Shown: positions 1-8,388 of the stretch, piece after piece
How positions within the stretch are numbered: position 1 is the first letter of the stretch
How the letters are laid out: each line of letters opens with the position of its first letter
From: Anaerolineales bacterium
GTDB taxonomy: Bacteria > Chloroflexota > Anaerolineae > Anaerolineales > UBA11579
Reading direction: 5' to 3'
NCBI GenBank assembly: GCA_021463845.1
Contig: JAJTXV010000001.1
Coordinates: 518,174 to 582,173 of the forward strand
Length of the DNA: 64,000 nt
Position numbers and translations under genes: made by a program
Notes under the pieces: model-generated
Databases searched by the model: none
Told to the model about the DNA's origin: nothing
What the model saw: the letters and a program-made list of their open reading frames with translations, nothing else

Positions 1-789
1 TATGCCGAGCTGCAGGCCAGGATTGTCGTCGCCAGGCTCTTGGCAGGCCGCGGCGGTTGCCGTGGCGGCCGCCAGCAGCTGGCCCAGATCTATGCCCAGC
101 AAGGCTGCCGGCACCAGGCCGAAGTACGAGAGGGCTGAATAGCGCCCGCCGATGTTTGGGTCGGCGAGGAAAATGCTGCGGAACTGGTGCTGGTCGGCCA
201 GCGTGGCCAGGCTACCTGGGTCAGTGATGGCGATGAAATGGTGTCCCGCTTGTGTTTCCGGTTTGGAGATTGCTTCGTCGCTTAGCGGCTGCGCCGCTGC
301 ACGTCCTCGCAATGACTGCTGGACTTCGTTGTAAAAATACTTGAACAGGGAAAGCGTCTCAACTGTCCCGCCGGATTTGGTGGAGACGATGTATAGCGTA
401 TGGGCTGGGTCGTACTGCTCGGCAAACTGGCGAATATATTCCGGATCGGTGCTGTCCACGACGCCAAGCTGCATGCCGCTTTGGGAAGCCAACAATTTAC
501 TGAATACTTCAGGCGCCAGGCTGCTGCCGCCCATTCCAAGTAGCAGCGCATGCGTGAAGCCTTCGCGCTGGAGTTGGCGCGCGTACAGGGTCAGCGCAGC
601 CGCTTCCGGCTGCATGCGTTCGGCAATGTCCAGCCAGCCCAAGCGGTTGCTGATCTCGGTTGGCTCAGGAGCCCAGACAGCGTGGTCGCGCTGCCAGATG
701 CGCTCAGTGACGTGGCTGGCTTCAGCCGCTTGCACAGCCGCGGCGTAGGCAGAAGCATGTGTTCCCAAGTTCAGGTGGATGTTTGGCAT
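1..789 (-). CDS. pgi: Glucose-6-phosphate isomerase, N-terminal part (gene continues past window start)
   Basis: Not in the ORF track because it has no stop inside the window. I translated the minus strand from ATG (789..787): MPNIHLNLGTHASAYAAAV...LLLGMGGSSLAPEV...YIVSTKSGGTVET...ADPNIGGRYSALSYFGLVPAALLGIDL. These are the SIS-domain motifs typical of PGI. The frame stays open to position 1. Confidence 0.85.
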   Translation of the reverse strand, partial: MPNIHLNLGTHASAYAAAVQAAEASHVTERIWQRDHAVWAPEPTEISNRLGWLDIAERMQPEAAALTLYARQLQREGFTHALLLGMGGSSLAPEVFSKLLASQSGMQLGVVDSTDPEYIRQFAEQYDPAHTLYIVSTKSGGTVETLSLFKYFYNEVQQSLRGRAAAQPLSDEAISKPETQAGHHFIAITDPGSLATLADQHQFRSIFLADPNIGGRYSALSYFGLVPAALLGIDLGQLLAAATATAAACQEPGDDNPGLQLGI

Positions 790-861
790 TGCTGGAAGTA
801 AACCACAAGTGTAGCCGCAATGCTATGCGGTTATACTCTGCGCCCGCTGGAGGGCGGCAGT

Positions 862-1569
862 ATGGCTAACGAGCGCACATATCCTTTATTGCCTTGCAGA
901 GAACTGGATGAATCGATTGCTTTCTATGAAGTGCTGGGCTTCAAAAGAACCTACCGTCAGTTGCGGCCGAACCCAGCTGCCGTAGTGCAGTACGAAGATA
1001 TTCACCTGCACCTGTTCGGCATTGATGGCTTCAATCCTGCGGATTCGTATGGTAGCGTAATTGTTGTTGTGCCGGATACCGATGCGCTGTATCGCCAATT
1101 TGCAGAGCGTCTTAGGGCTTCCTTCGGCAAGCTGCCGGTGTCTGGAATCCCGCGAATTTTGCGCCCGCGTAAGAAGTTCGGTACAGTGACCGGCTTCAGC
1201 CTGGTGGACCCGGGCGGCAACTGGCTACGAATTTATCAATCGAGCTCCATTGGAGATGATGAGACGGCTGAGGGTTTGGAGCATTTTGTGCAAGTGGCGG
1301 CTCGCCTGGGTGATGCAAAGGGCAGCGAGGCAGAAGCGCTGCGAACCCTCGATAATGGTCTGGCGCGCTTCCCCCAGGCTAGCAAATTGGAACGCGCCCA
1401 TGCATACCTCTACCGCGCTGAGCTGGCTGTGCGCCTGGCAAACGAAAGCATGGCCAAGGAATCTTTAGCTGCAGTGACGGAGCTTGGCTTGGATGCTGAG
1501 GAACTGCGCCAAGTTGAGGATGAGCTTGCGCATATGACCGCGCTGGTAAGCGAGTTAGCTAGTAGTTAG
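862..1569 (+). CDS. VOC (glyoxalase/bleomycin-resistance) family protein with helical C-terminal extension
   Basis: ORF 820..1569. The likely start is ATG 862, preceded by GGAGGG. The N-terminal half ([18 protein letters not shown]...IHLHLF...[15 protein letters not shown]) resembles the VOC fold. Confidence 0.6.
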   Translation: MANERTYPLLPCRELDESIAFYEVLGFKRTYRQLRPNPAAVVQYEDIHLHLFGIDGFNPADSYGSVIVVVPDTDALYRQFAERLRASFGKLPVSGIPRILRPRKKFGTVTGFSLVDPGGNWLRIYQSSSIGDDETAEGLEHFVQVAARLGDAKGSEAEALRTLDNGLARFPQASKLERAHAYLYRAELAVRLANESMAKESLAAVTELGLDAEELRQVEDELAHMTALVSELASS

Positions 1570-3585
1570 CTGGCTTGCTAGGTCGGCTGCCGTGTTCACC
1601 GGCAGCTGACATGCAAAGTTGCGACAGACATACGCCGTGGCCAGCCCGTCTTTGAGCGGCCGCTCGGCCAGCAGGGGCGGGCCGCCGGCCGCCGGAGGAT
1701 AGGACGAAACCGCGGCCACATCGAACGGCCGCCACGCACTCCATAAGGTTTCCACAAGCCCATCAGCGTCTTCACCCACGATCGCCACCTCGCGGCCGCC
1801 AGCCAAAAGCCAGCTGCCTGCGTATAGCCACTGGGCAAACGCGGTGGGGTAGCGCACCGCCGCGCCGGCAATGCCCGCCAGCATACTGCTGGCGCGGGCA
1901 TGCCAATCACTGTTGCCGGTGTAGGCATGCAGCTGCAGCAGGGCCAGCGCCGCCAGGGCGCCGCCGCTGGGGGTGGCATTGTCTTGCATATCCTTGGGCC
2001 GCGTGATCAGCGCTTCGTGATCATCACGCGTGTCGAAGAAGCCGCCGGCCGGGTCGGCAAAATGCTGGGTGAACTCGCCGGCTAGCTTTTCGGCGGCGGC
2101 GTACCAGCGCACATCGCCATCGCTCTGGTACAGCGCCAGCAAGCCCAGCGTCAGCGCGGCGTAGTCCTCGAGGTAGGCATTGTGCTCGGCGCGGCCGGCT
2201 CGCCAGGAGCGCAGAAGCCGGCTGCCGTCATGCAGTTCACGCAGCAGAAAGTCTGCATTGGCTTGGGCGATCTGCAAATAGTCTGGCCGCTGCAGGTAGC
2301 GGGCCGCCTCCGCGAACGCTATTAACATCAGCCCGTTCCATGCGGTCAATACTTTGTCATCCGTCCCGGGGCGGGTGCGCTGGCTGCGGGCCGCCAGCAG
2401 GCTGGCGTGGGCCGCGGCCAGCTGCTGGCGCACGGCGGCCGCGTCTTCCAATCCGAATTGTGTTGCGAGCGCGGCGTCATCCTTGACGCGTTGCAGCACG
2501 TTGTGGCCCTCAAAGTTGCCTGCTTCGCTAACGCCGTAAGCGGCTATCACCAGGTCCGCGGCCGGCTTCTCCAGGTGAGCATGGATCTCGGCCAGGCTCC
2601 ATACGTAGAACTTACCCTCTTCCCCTTCAGAATCCGCGTCCAGGCTGCTGTAGAAGCCGCCGTCCTCATGGCGCAGTTCGCGCACGACAAAATCCAAAGT
2701 CTCTTCACATACCTGGCGCAGGGTTTCATCGTTGCTGAGCAGATAACCGTGCAGGTACACGCGTGCCAGCTGGGCATTGTCGTAAAGCATCTTTTCAAAG
2801 TGGGGCACACGCCAGTGATCATCCACGCTGTAGCGGGCAAAGCCACCCCCGACCACATCGTACATGCCGCCCAGCGCCATGCTCTGCAATGCGTGGCGCG
2901 CCATGTCGAGCGCCAGCTGGTCGCCCTGGGTGGCGCGCCCCAGCAGGAAATCGATGGTCATGGGCTGCGGGAACTTGGGCGCCTGGCCCCAGCCGCCGTG
3001 ACGCCAGTCGTAGGCCTGGGCCAGCGCCATCACCGCCTGGCTCAGCGCTTCGGGCTGCAGGCTCTCTCCAGCCGCCTGCGGGGTGCTGTGAGCTTGCAGG
3101 TGCTGCGTGATCACGCGGCCGTTTTCGAGGACTTTGTCGCGTTCTTCGGTCCACAGGCGGCGCACATGCTGCAGCGCGTCCATGAAAGAAGGCATGTTGT
3201 AGCGCGCCACCGGCGGGAAGTACGTGCCACCCAGGAACGGTTGGCCGTCTGGCGTCATGAACACGCTCATCGGCCAGCCGCCAGAGCCGGTCATCGCCAC
3301 CACGGCGGTCATGTAGATGCCGTCGATATCGGGCCGTTCTTCGCGGTCCACCTTGATGTTGATGAAGTGCTCATTCATGTAGGCCGCGGTCGCTTCGTCT
3401 TCGAACGATTCGTGGGCCATGACATGGCACCAGTGGCATGCGGCATAGCCAATGCTCAGAAAGATCGGCTTGTCTTCGGTTTTGGCCCGTTCTAACGCTT
3501 CCGGCCCCCAGGGATACCAATCGACTGGATTGTCCTGGTGTTGCAGCAGATACGGCGAATTGGAAGTGGCGAGGCGGTTGGCCAT
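1555..3585 (-). CDS. Thioredoxin-domain protein, YyaL/DUF255 family
   Basis: 676 aa. The N-terminus [45 protein letters not shown] is the hallmark of the DUF255/YyaL (SPATA20-like) family. A long alpha/alpha-toroid-like C-terminal region follows. Confidence 0.85.
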   Translation of the reverse strand: MANRLATSNSPYLLQHQDNPVDWYPWGPEALERAKTEDKPIFLSIGYAACHWCHVMAHESFEDEATAAYMNEHFINIKVDREERPDIDGIYMTAVVAMTGSGGWPMSVFMTPDGQPFLGGTYFPPVARYNMPSFMDALQHVRRLWTEERDKVLENGRVITQHLQAHSTPQAAGESLQPEALSQAVMALAQAYDWRHGGWGQAPKFPQPMTIDFLLGRATQGDQLALDMARHALQSMALGGMYDVVGGGFARYSVDDHWRVPHFEKMLYDNAQLARVYLHGYLLSNDETLRQVCEETLDFVVRELRHEDGGFYSSLDADSEGEEGKFYVWSLAEIHAHLEKPAADLVIAAYGVSEAGNFEGHNVLQRVKDDAALATQFGLEDAAAVRQQLAAAHASLLAARSQRTRPGTDDKVLTAWNGLMLIAFAEAARYLQRPDYLQIAQANADFLLRELHDGSRLLRSWRAGRAEHNAYLEDYAALTLGLLALYQSDGDVRWYAAAEKLAGEFTQHFADPAGGFFDTRDDHEALITRPKDMQDNATPSGGALAALALLQLHAYTGNSDWHARASSMLAGIAGAAVRYPTAFAQWLYAGSWLLAGGREVAIVGEDADGLVETLWSAWRPFDVAAVSSYPPAAGGPPLLAERPLKDGLATAYVCRNFACQLPVNTAADLASQLTTS

Positions 3586-4010
3586 CAGCGCAGCGCCACC
3601 AGGAATGTGCCACCTGCCACCAGCACGATACCCAGCCAGTTGAGCGGCGTGAGCGTTTCGCCCAGGAGGGTGACGCCGAACAGGGCCACGAAGACCACAC
3701 TGAGCTTATCGATCGAGACGACTTGCGCCGCCTGGCCCGTGCTAAGGGCACGGTAGAAGGCCAGCCAGGAGGCCGCCGTGGCCAGGCCGGAGAGCGCCAG
3801 TAGCAGAATGTTGCGCGGCGTCCACTCCTGCGTTTGCGCAAACTGCCCGGTCGCCCACAGCACCAGCGCCATGGCCGGCACCACGATGAGTGTGCGCACG
3901 AAGGCGCCTATATCCGAACTGATGCCGCTGATGCCCATTTTGCCCAGCAGGGTTGTGGCGGCTGCGAACAGGGCCGAGAGGAAAGCCCAGAAGACCCACG
4001 ATTGGCTCAT
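3585..4010 (-). CDS. Small EamA/DMT-superfamily membrane protein
   Basis: ORF 3585..4040. The start at ATG 4010 (MSQSWVFW...) avoids overlap with the upstream gene. It has four or five hydrophobic helices and an EamA-like ending ([17 protein letters not shown]). Confidence 0.6.
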   Translation of the reverse strand: MSQSWVFWAFLSALFAAATTLLGKMGISGISSDIGAFVRTLIVVPAMALVLWATGQFAQTQEWTPRNILLLALSGLATAASWLAFYRALSTGQAAQVVSIDKLSVVFVALFGVTLLGETLTPLNWLGIVLVAGGTFLVALR

Positions 4011-4011
4011 G

Positions 4012-4785
4012 CTAGGCGATGTCCTCCAGAGACTGAGCATCTTCGGCGCTCAGCTCGATCGCCTGGGCCTTGTAGTTGGCCTTGATGTTCTCCGGCCTGG
4101 TGGAGCGCGGAATGAGAATCAGGCCTTTGCCCAGCAGCCAGGCCAGCGCCAGCTGCTGCGAGCTGGCGCCGTATTTGGCGCCCAGCTCGCTCAGCCGCGT
4201 CTGGGCCGCTTCGCTGCCCAGGCTGCGGATGGGGCTGTAGGCGGTGACGGTGATGTTATTGGCCTGGCAGAAGGCCACAATGTCGTCCGGACGCGTCTCC
4301 AGGTTGTACTTGATCTGATTATTGGTGACCTGCACGCCGGTCTTTAGCGAACGTTCCAGCAAAGCCACATCAAAGTTCGAGACTCCCAAGGCGCGCACTT
4401 TGCCGCTCTGACGCACGGCTTCCATGGCCGGCAAAGTCTCCTCCGGCTCGGCTTCTTCGCGCGGCCAGTGGATGAGCAGCAGGTCGATGTAGTCGGTGCC
4501 AAGCTCGTTGAGGAAGCGCTCCACCGCCTGAGCCACTTTGTCAGCCGTGACAGAATGGCGCCACAGTTTGGTGGTGATGAATACTTCGTTGCGCGGCAGG
4601 CCGCTTTCGCGCACGGCCGCGCCGACTGCCAGGTGGGTTTCGTAAATATCGGCGGTATCGATGTGGCGATAGCCGGTGCGCAAAGCGTGCAGCACGCTGG
4701 CTTGCGCCATCTCCTTCAGGCCGGAGGTGCCGAAGCCAAGTTGCGGGATCTGGATGGTTTCAGTGAGGGCAATGGTCTTGTTCAT
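4012..4785 (-). CDS. Aldo/keto reductase
   Basis: 257 aa. AKR motifs: GFGT, GYRHIDTADIY, LLLIHWP, GVSNF. Confidence 0.85.
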   Translation of the reverse strand: MNKTIALTETIQIPQLGFGTSGLKEMAQASVLHALRTGYRHIDTADIYETHLAVGAAVRESGLPRNEVFITTKLWRHSVTADKVAQAVERFLNELGTDYIDLLLIHWPREEAEPEETLPAMEAVRQSGKVRALGVSNFDVALLERSLKTGVQVTNNQIKYNLETRPDDIVAFCQANNITVTAYSPIRSLGSEAAQTRLSELGAKYGASSQQLALAWLLGKGLILIPRSTRPENIKANYKAQAIELSAEDAQSLEDIA

Positions 4786-4797
4786 GATGTCATGCAG

Positions 4798-5565
4798 CTA
4801 GGCGCTGGCATCCAGCGCGGCCACATCCTCCTTCTTCAATGTGAGTTCCAGCGAGCGGAAGTTGCTGTCAATGTGCTTGGGATTGTTCGAGCGCGGGATG
4901 ACGATAAAACCTTTGGCCATCAGCCAGGCCAGGGTGACTTGCTCCGGGGTGCTGTCGTAGGCCTCGGCCAGGTTGGCGACGAGCTTGCGCGCCTTGGCGC
5001 GCCCGCCCACTTTGACCGGGCTGTAGGCTGTGACGGTCACATTGTTGGCCAGGCAGAACTCGGCCACATCATCGGCGCGCACTTCCAGGTTGTACTCGAT
5101 CTGGTTGTTGCATACCGGCAGGCCAGTGGCGAGGGCGGCGCGCATGTCTTCGGCTTCAAAGTTGGACACGCCTATGGCGCGCACCTTGCCCGCCGCCCGC
5201 GTCTCTTCCATGGCGGCCAGGCTTTCCTCAGCCGGCGTGCCGGACAGCCAATGGATCAGCAGCAGGTCAATGTAGTCGGTGCCCAGCTCCTTCAAGAAGC
5301 GGTCCACAGCTGGGCCAACCTTAGCGGAGGCCAGGGTGCTGCCATATAGCTTGGTCACCAGGAAGATGTCTTCGCGCCGCAGGCCGCTGTCTTTCATCGC
5401 CTGGCCCACTTCGGTGTGGTTGTGATAGTAGTCGGCTGTATCCAGATGGCGGTAGCCGGTTTGCAGCGCGTGCAAGGTGGCCTGCTTGGCATCCTTAAGC
5501 GCCCAAGTGCCAAAGCCCATCTGCGGAATGTGTATGTTGTCCACCAGTGGAAGTGTTTTGTTCAT
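4798..5565 (-). CDS. Aldo/keto reductase (tandem paralog of 4012..4785)
   Basis: 255 aa. It has the same AKR motifs (GFGTW, GYRHLDTADYY, LLLIHW, GVSNF) and is collinear with its neighbour. Confidence 0.85.
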   Translation of the reverse strand: MNKTLPLVDNIHIPQMGFGTWALKDAKQATLHALQTGYRHLDTADYYHNHTEVGQAMKDSGLRREDIFLVTKLYGSTLASAKVGPAVDRFLKELGTDYIDLLLIHWLSGTPAEESLAAMEETRAAGKVRAIGVSNFEAEDMRAALATGLPVCNNQIEYNLEVRADDVAEFCLANNVTVTAYSPVKVGGRAKARKLVANLAEAYDSTPEQVTLAWLMAKGFIVIPRSNNPKHIDSNFRSLELTLKKEDVAALDASA

Positions 5566-6251
5566 TCGATATTGTCTTTCTTGGCCAGATTATGCCTTGC
5601 GCAAAGCAGCTGGATATTATTCGCAAGTAAAGAAGTCCCGCCTTTTGAGAAAGGGATCACGTGGTCAAAATGAAGCTCAGTGTTCTTCCCACATTGAACG
5701 CATTTCCCTCTATCTCTAGTCCAGACTTCTAGCTTGACACTGGATGGAATAATACGACTCGGTTCCAGTTCTCGAATTGTTTGAATTGAAAGATCACCCA
5801 GATTATCAGCGAGTCGGAGTTTGAACTTAAAGACATTTCTTATGCTGTCTGAAGAAATCCAGGCATCAATTAACTCGAATAGTCCATTGTTGGACCAAAT
5901 GCCACTGTGAATTTTTTCATAGACTCGCACTTTTTCCGCAGCGCGCTGCCCACCTTTATAGTCCTGAGCCGCCGTGAAGAACAACCCATTCTGAGTCAAA
6001 GTGCCTGATGATGTCTTCATCGGCTGGTCTATGGTTTTTACGTCTACTCCAGGTCTTCTTGATGCATCGTGTCCTTCATAAATCAGAACAGTGCCATTCT
6101 CTTGAAGTGCGTCGTTATATGGCGCATTTCTTCTAAGTGACATCAGGATTACTGAGTAACTTTTGCCGAGTTGATAGTTCATGCCCCGCTGAAGGCTTAC
6201 TCCCTCAGTTTGACACATCTCGATATAGGGAATAATTTCATTGTTCCGCAT
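5562..6251 (-). CDS. SRA(YDG)-like domain fused to an HNH nuclease; putative modification-dependent (type IV) restriction endonuclease
   Basis: 229 aa in a low-GC stretch. The C-terminus CVQCG...LHFDHVIPFSKGG...NIQLLCARHN is an HNH motif. The N-terminal ~150 aa (VILMS...YNDAL..NGTVLIYEGHD...DQ..T.GTLTQNGLF...KVRVYEK...NGLFELIDAW...VFKFKLRL) follows the order of SRA/YDG-domain landmarks. Confidence 0.6.
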   Translation of the reverse strand: MRNNEIIPYIEMCQTEGVSLQRGMNYQLGKSYSVILMSLRRNAPYNDALQENGTVLIYEGHDASRRPGVDVKTIDQPMKTSSGTLTQNGLFFTAAQDYKGGQRAAEKVRVYEKIHSGIWSNNGLFELIDAWISSDSIRNVFKFKLRLADNLGDLSIQTIRELEPSRIIPSSVKLEVWTRDRGKCVQCGKNTELHFDHVIPFSKGGTSLLANNIQLLCARHNLAKKDNIE

Positions 6252-6261
6252 GGAGCTAATT

Positions 6262-6840
6262 CTACGGCTTGAAGAAGCTCATGCCAACGCCCATCCTTTG
6301 CAGCCCTTCGCTGGCCCAATGCTCCAGCATGGTTGATTCGCTATCGAGCAGCTTGAATAGGGCGGGGATGGCGCGCGTATCGCCGATGAGCGCCAGGGCT
6401 CGCGCGGCTTCCACCTGGGCGTTCTGAGTGCGGTTGTCTTGCAGCGCGTCCGCCAGCGGTTCGACCGCGGCGGCGCCCTGCGCCACCAGCGCGTCGCCCG
6501 CCAGGCGCGATAGCAAGCCGTCCTCGCTGGCCAGCAATTCCACCAGCGCGGGGATGGCGCCTGCGTGCGGCCGCTGGCTCAACGCCAGCGCGGCGCACTG
6601 CTGCACGCTGCCGTCGCCATCGGCCAAGGCTGCGGTCAACAGTTCACCGGCCTTGGGATGTAAAAAACCCGCCAGCGAGCGCACAGCCCACCAGCGGGTC
6701 TCAGGGTCAGGGTTTTGGAGCAGGGGAGCTAGCGCAGCCAGCCCGGCCTCGGCGTGAGCGGGCAGCGCCGCCGCCGCTGCCTCGCCGCGCTCGCTATCGC
6801 CGCTTTGCAGGTCAGCCAGCAGATAGGCCAGCGTGCTCAC
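6262..6840 (-). CDS. HEAT-repeat protein
   Basis: ORF 6262..6978. The likely start is GTG 6840, 5 nt after the upstream stop. It has repeated PETRWWAVRSLA / VQQCAALAL / EAARALALIGDTRAIPAL helices typical of PBS-lyase-type HEAT repeats. Confidence 0.6.
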   Translation of the reverse strand: MSTLAYLLADLQSGDSERGEAAAAALPAHAEAGLAALAPLLQNPDPETRWWAVRSLAGFLHPKAGELLTAALADGDGSVQQCAALALSQRPHAGAIPALVELLASEDGLLSRLAGDALVAQGAAAVEPLADALQDNRTQNAQVEAARALALIGDTRAIPALFKLLDSESTMLEHWASEGLQRMGVGMSFFKP

Positions 6841-6845
6841 GCTGT

Positions 6846-7073
6846 TTAGTCGGCCGCGGTCTTGGGGGCGGGCACTTCCAGCTTGTCTTTGGAGGTGCTG
6901 ACCCATTTGTCGCCGACCTCGATCAGCATGACCGGAATGTCGTCGATCACCGGGTACTTGCGCCCACACTCCGCGCACACAAACCAGGCTTCTTTATAGA
7001 ACTCAAGCTCGCCTTTGCCGCTTTGAACACAGTGGGGGCAGCGCAGGATCTCGATCAGTTCAGTGCTTACCAT
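6846..7073 (-). CDS. Trm112/YcaR-family small zinc-ribbon protein
   Basis: ORF 6846..7166. ATG 7073 is preceded by AGGAG. The sequence LIEILRCPHC...LVCAECGRKYPVIDDIPVML is the Trm112p-like signature. Confidence 0.75.
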   Translation of the reverse strand: MVSTELIEILRCPHCVQSGKGELEFYKEAWFVCAECGRKYPVIDDIPVMLIEVGDKWVSTSKDKLEVPAPKTAAD

Positions 7074-7086
7074 AGCTCTCCTAACC

Positions 7087-8388
7087 TTATTGTACAGCTT
7101 GAATGCGTGCGCCCAGGCTGCGCAGGCTGGCTTCCAGATCTTCGTAGCCGCGCGTGATGTGGTCAATGCCGTGCACGCGTGACTTGCCTTCGGCCATGAT
7201 GGCGGCGATGAGATATGTGAAACCGGCGCGCAGATCAGGCACCACTACCTCCGCCGAACGCAACTGGCTTGGACCCTTGATAACGGCGCTGTGCTTGTAA
7301 CTGCTACTGGCAAAGCGGCAACGGTGGCCCATGCAGCTGTCATACAGTGCGATCTCGGCGCCCATGTCTTGCAGCGCTTTCACAAAACCAAAGCGGTCCT
7401 CGAATACGGTCTCGTGCACCACGGACATGCCCTCGGCCTGCGTGAGCAGCAACAGGAAGGGCGACTGCCAGTCCGTCATGAAGCCGGGGTGCACACTGGT
7501 TTCCACATGGATGGCTTGCAGCGGGCCATTATAATAAAAACGAATGCCGTCTTCCTGCACTTCAAACTTGCCCCCCACGCGGCGCAGCGTGTTGAGGAAA
7601 GTGAGCATGTCTTGCTGGCGGGCATTGCGCACAAACACATCGCCGCGGGTGGCCACCGCCGCCGCACCCAGGGATGCGGCTACGATGCGGTCAGGCAGCA
7701 GACGGTGCTTTGCGCCGGTGAGCTTGTTGACGCCTTCGACTACGAAAGTGCGGTCAACCTGATAATCAATAATGGCGCCCATCTTTTGCAGATAGCTCAC
7801 CAGGTCCACCACTTCCGGCTCAATGGCTGCGTTCTGGATGATGGTGCGGCCGCGGGCCATGCTAGCGGCCATCAGCAGGTTCTCGGTGCTGGTCACGCTG
7901 GGATAATCGAGGGTGATCTCAGCCCCGCGCAGGCCGTCGGCCTCGATGACGTAGTTGCCATCTTTCACTTCCACGCGGGCGCCCATGCGCTGGATGCCCT
8001 GAAGGTGAAAATCCACCGGGCGCGGGCCGATCTGGTCACCGCCGGCCGCGGCCGGTATGACGGCCTTGCCGGTGCGGTGCAGCAGAGGGCCGAGCAGCAT
8101 GATCGCCAGGCGGTTGCGGCCGCCCAGCTCCTTGCTGATCGTGTTGCTGGTGATGGTTGGAGTGCTGACCTGCAGGCTGTTGCCGCTTTGGCTGGCAAAC
8201 TGGGCGCCGACCGCGGCGCACATCTCCTGCGTGATGTTGCGGTCGCCAATGTTGGGCACATTGCTGAACTGGCTGGGTTGCTCGCTCAATAGCGAGGCCA
8301 CCAGCAGCTTGGTAATGGAGTTCTTGGCTCCACTTACGCTGATCTCGCCGCGCAGCGGCTCGCCGCCGTCAATTGCCCAGGTGTTCAA
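7087..8388 (-). CDS. murA: UDP-N-acetylglucosamine 1-carboxyvinyltransferase
   Basis: 433 aa. It opens with G.PL.GEI.VSGAKNS and reads GPRPVDFHLQG at the active-site loop, and it has MurA length and architecture. The active-site position is Asp (GGDQIGPRPVD), not Cys. Confidence 0.9.
   Translation of the reverse strand: MNTWAIDGGEPLRGEISVSGAKNSITKLLVASLLSEQPSQFSNVPNIGDRNITQEMCAAVGAQFASQSGNSLQVSTPTITSNTISKELGGRNRLAIMLLGPLLHRTGKAVIPAAAGGDQIGPRPVDFHLQGIQRMGARVEVKDGNYVIEADGLRGAEITLDYPSVTSTENLLMAASMARGRTIIQNAAIEPEVVDLVSYLQKMGAIIDYQVDRTFVVEGVNKLTGAKHRLLPDRIVAASLGAAAVATRGDVFVRNARQQDMLTFLNTLRRVGGKFEVQEDGIRFYYNGPLQAIHVETSVHPGFMTDWQSPFLLLLTQAEGMSVVHETVFEDRFGFVKALQDMGAEIALYDSCMGHRCRFASSSYKHSAVIKGPSQLRSAEVVVPDLRAGFTYLIAAIMAEGKSRVHGIDHITRGYEDLEASLRSLGARIQAVQ

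Noticed and set aside
2407-3495. Long ORFs antisense to or overlapping well-supported genes. Examples: 2407..3495, 4468..5349, 7291..8292, 9436..10314, 18362..19846, 21077..22462, 23974..25932, 27349..28422, 32956..34821, 34931..35920, 36236..36988, 38865..39752, 40636..41727, 44511..46352, 48406..49302, 50165..51883, 59600..60427 and 61356..63230.
   Set aside because: Their translations are Arg/Gly/Ala/His/Leu-rich and low in complexity, with no recognisable motifs. They lie opposite genes with strong family signatures. Stop-free antisense frames are expected in high-GC DNA.
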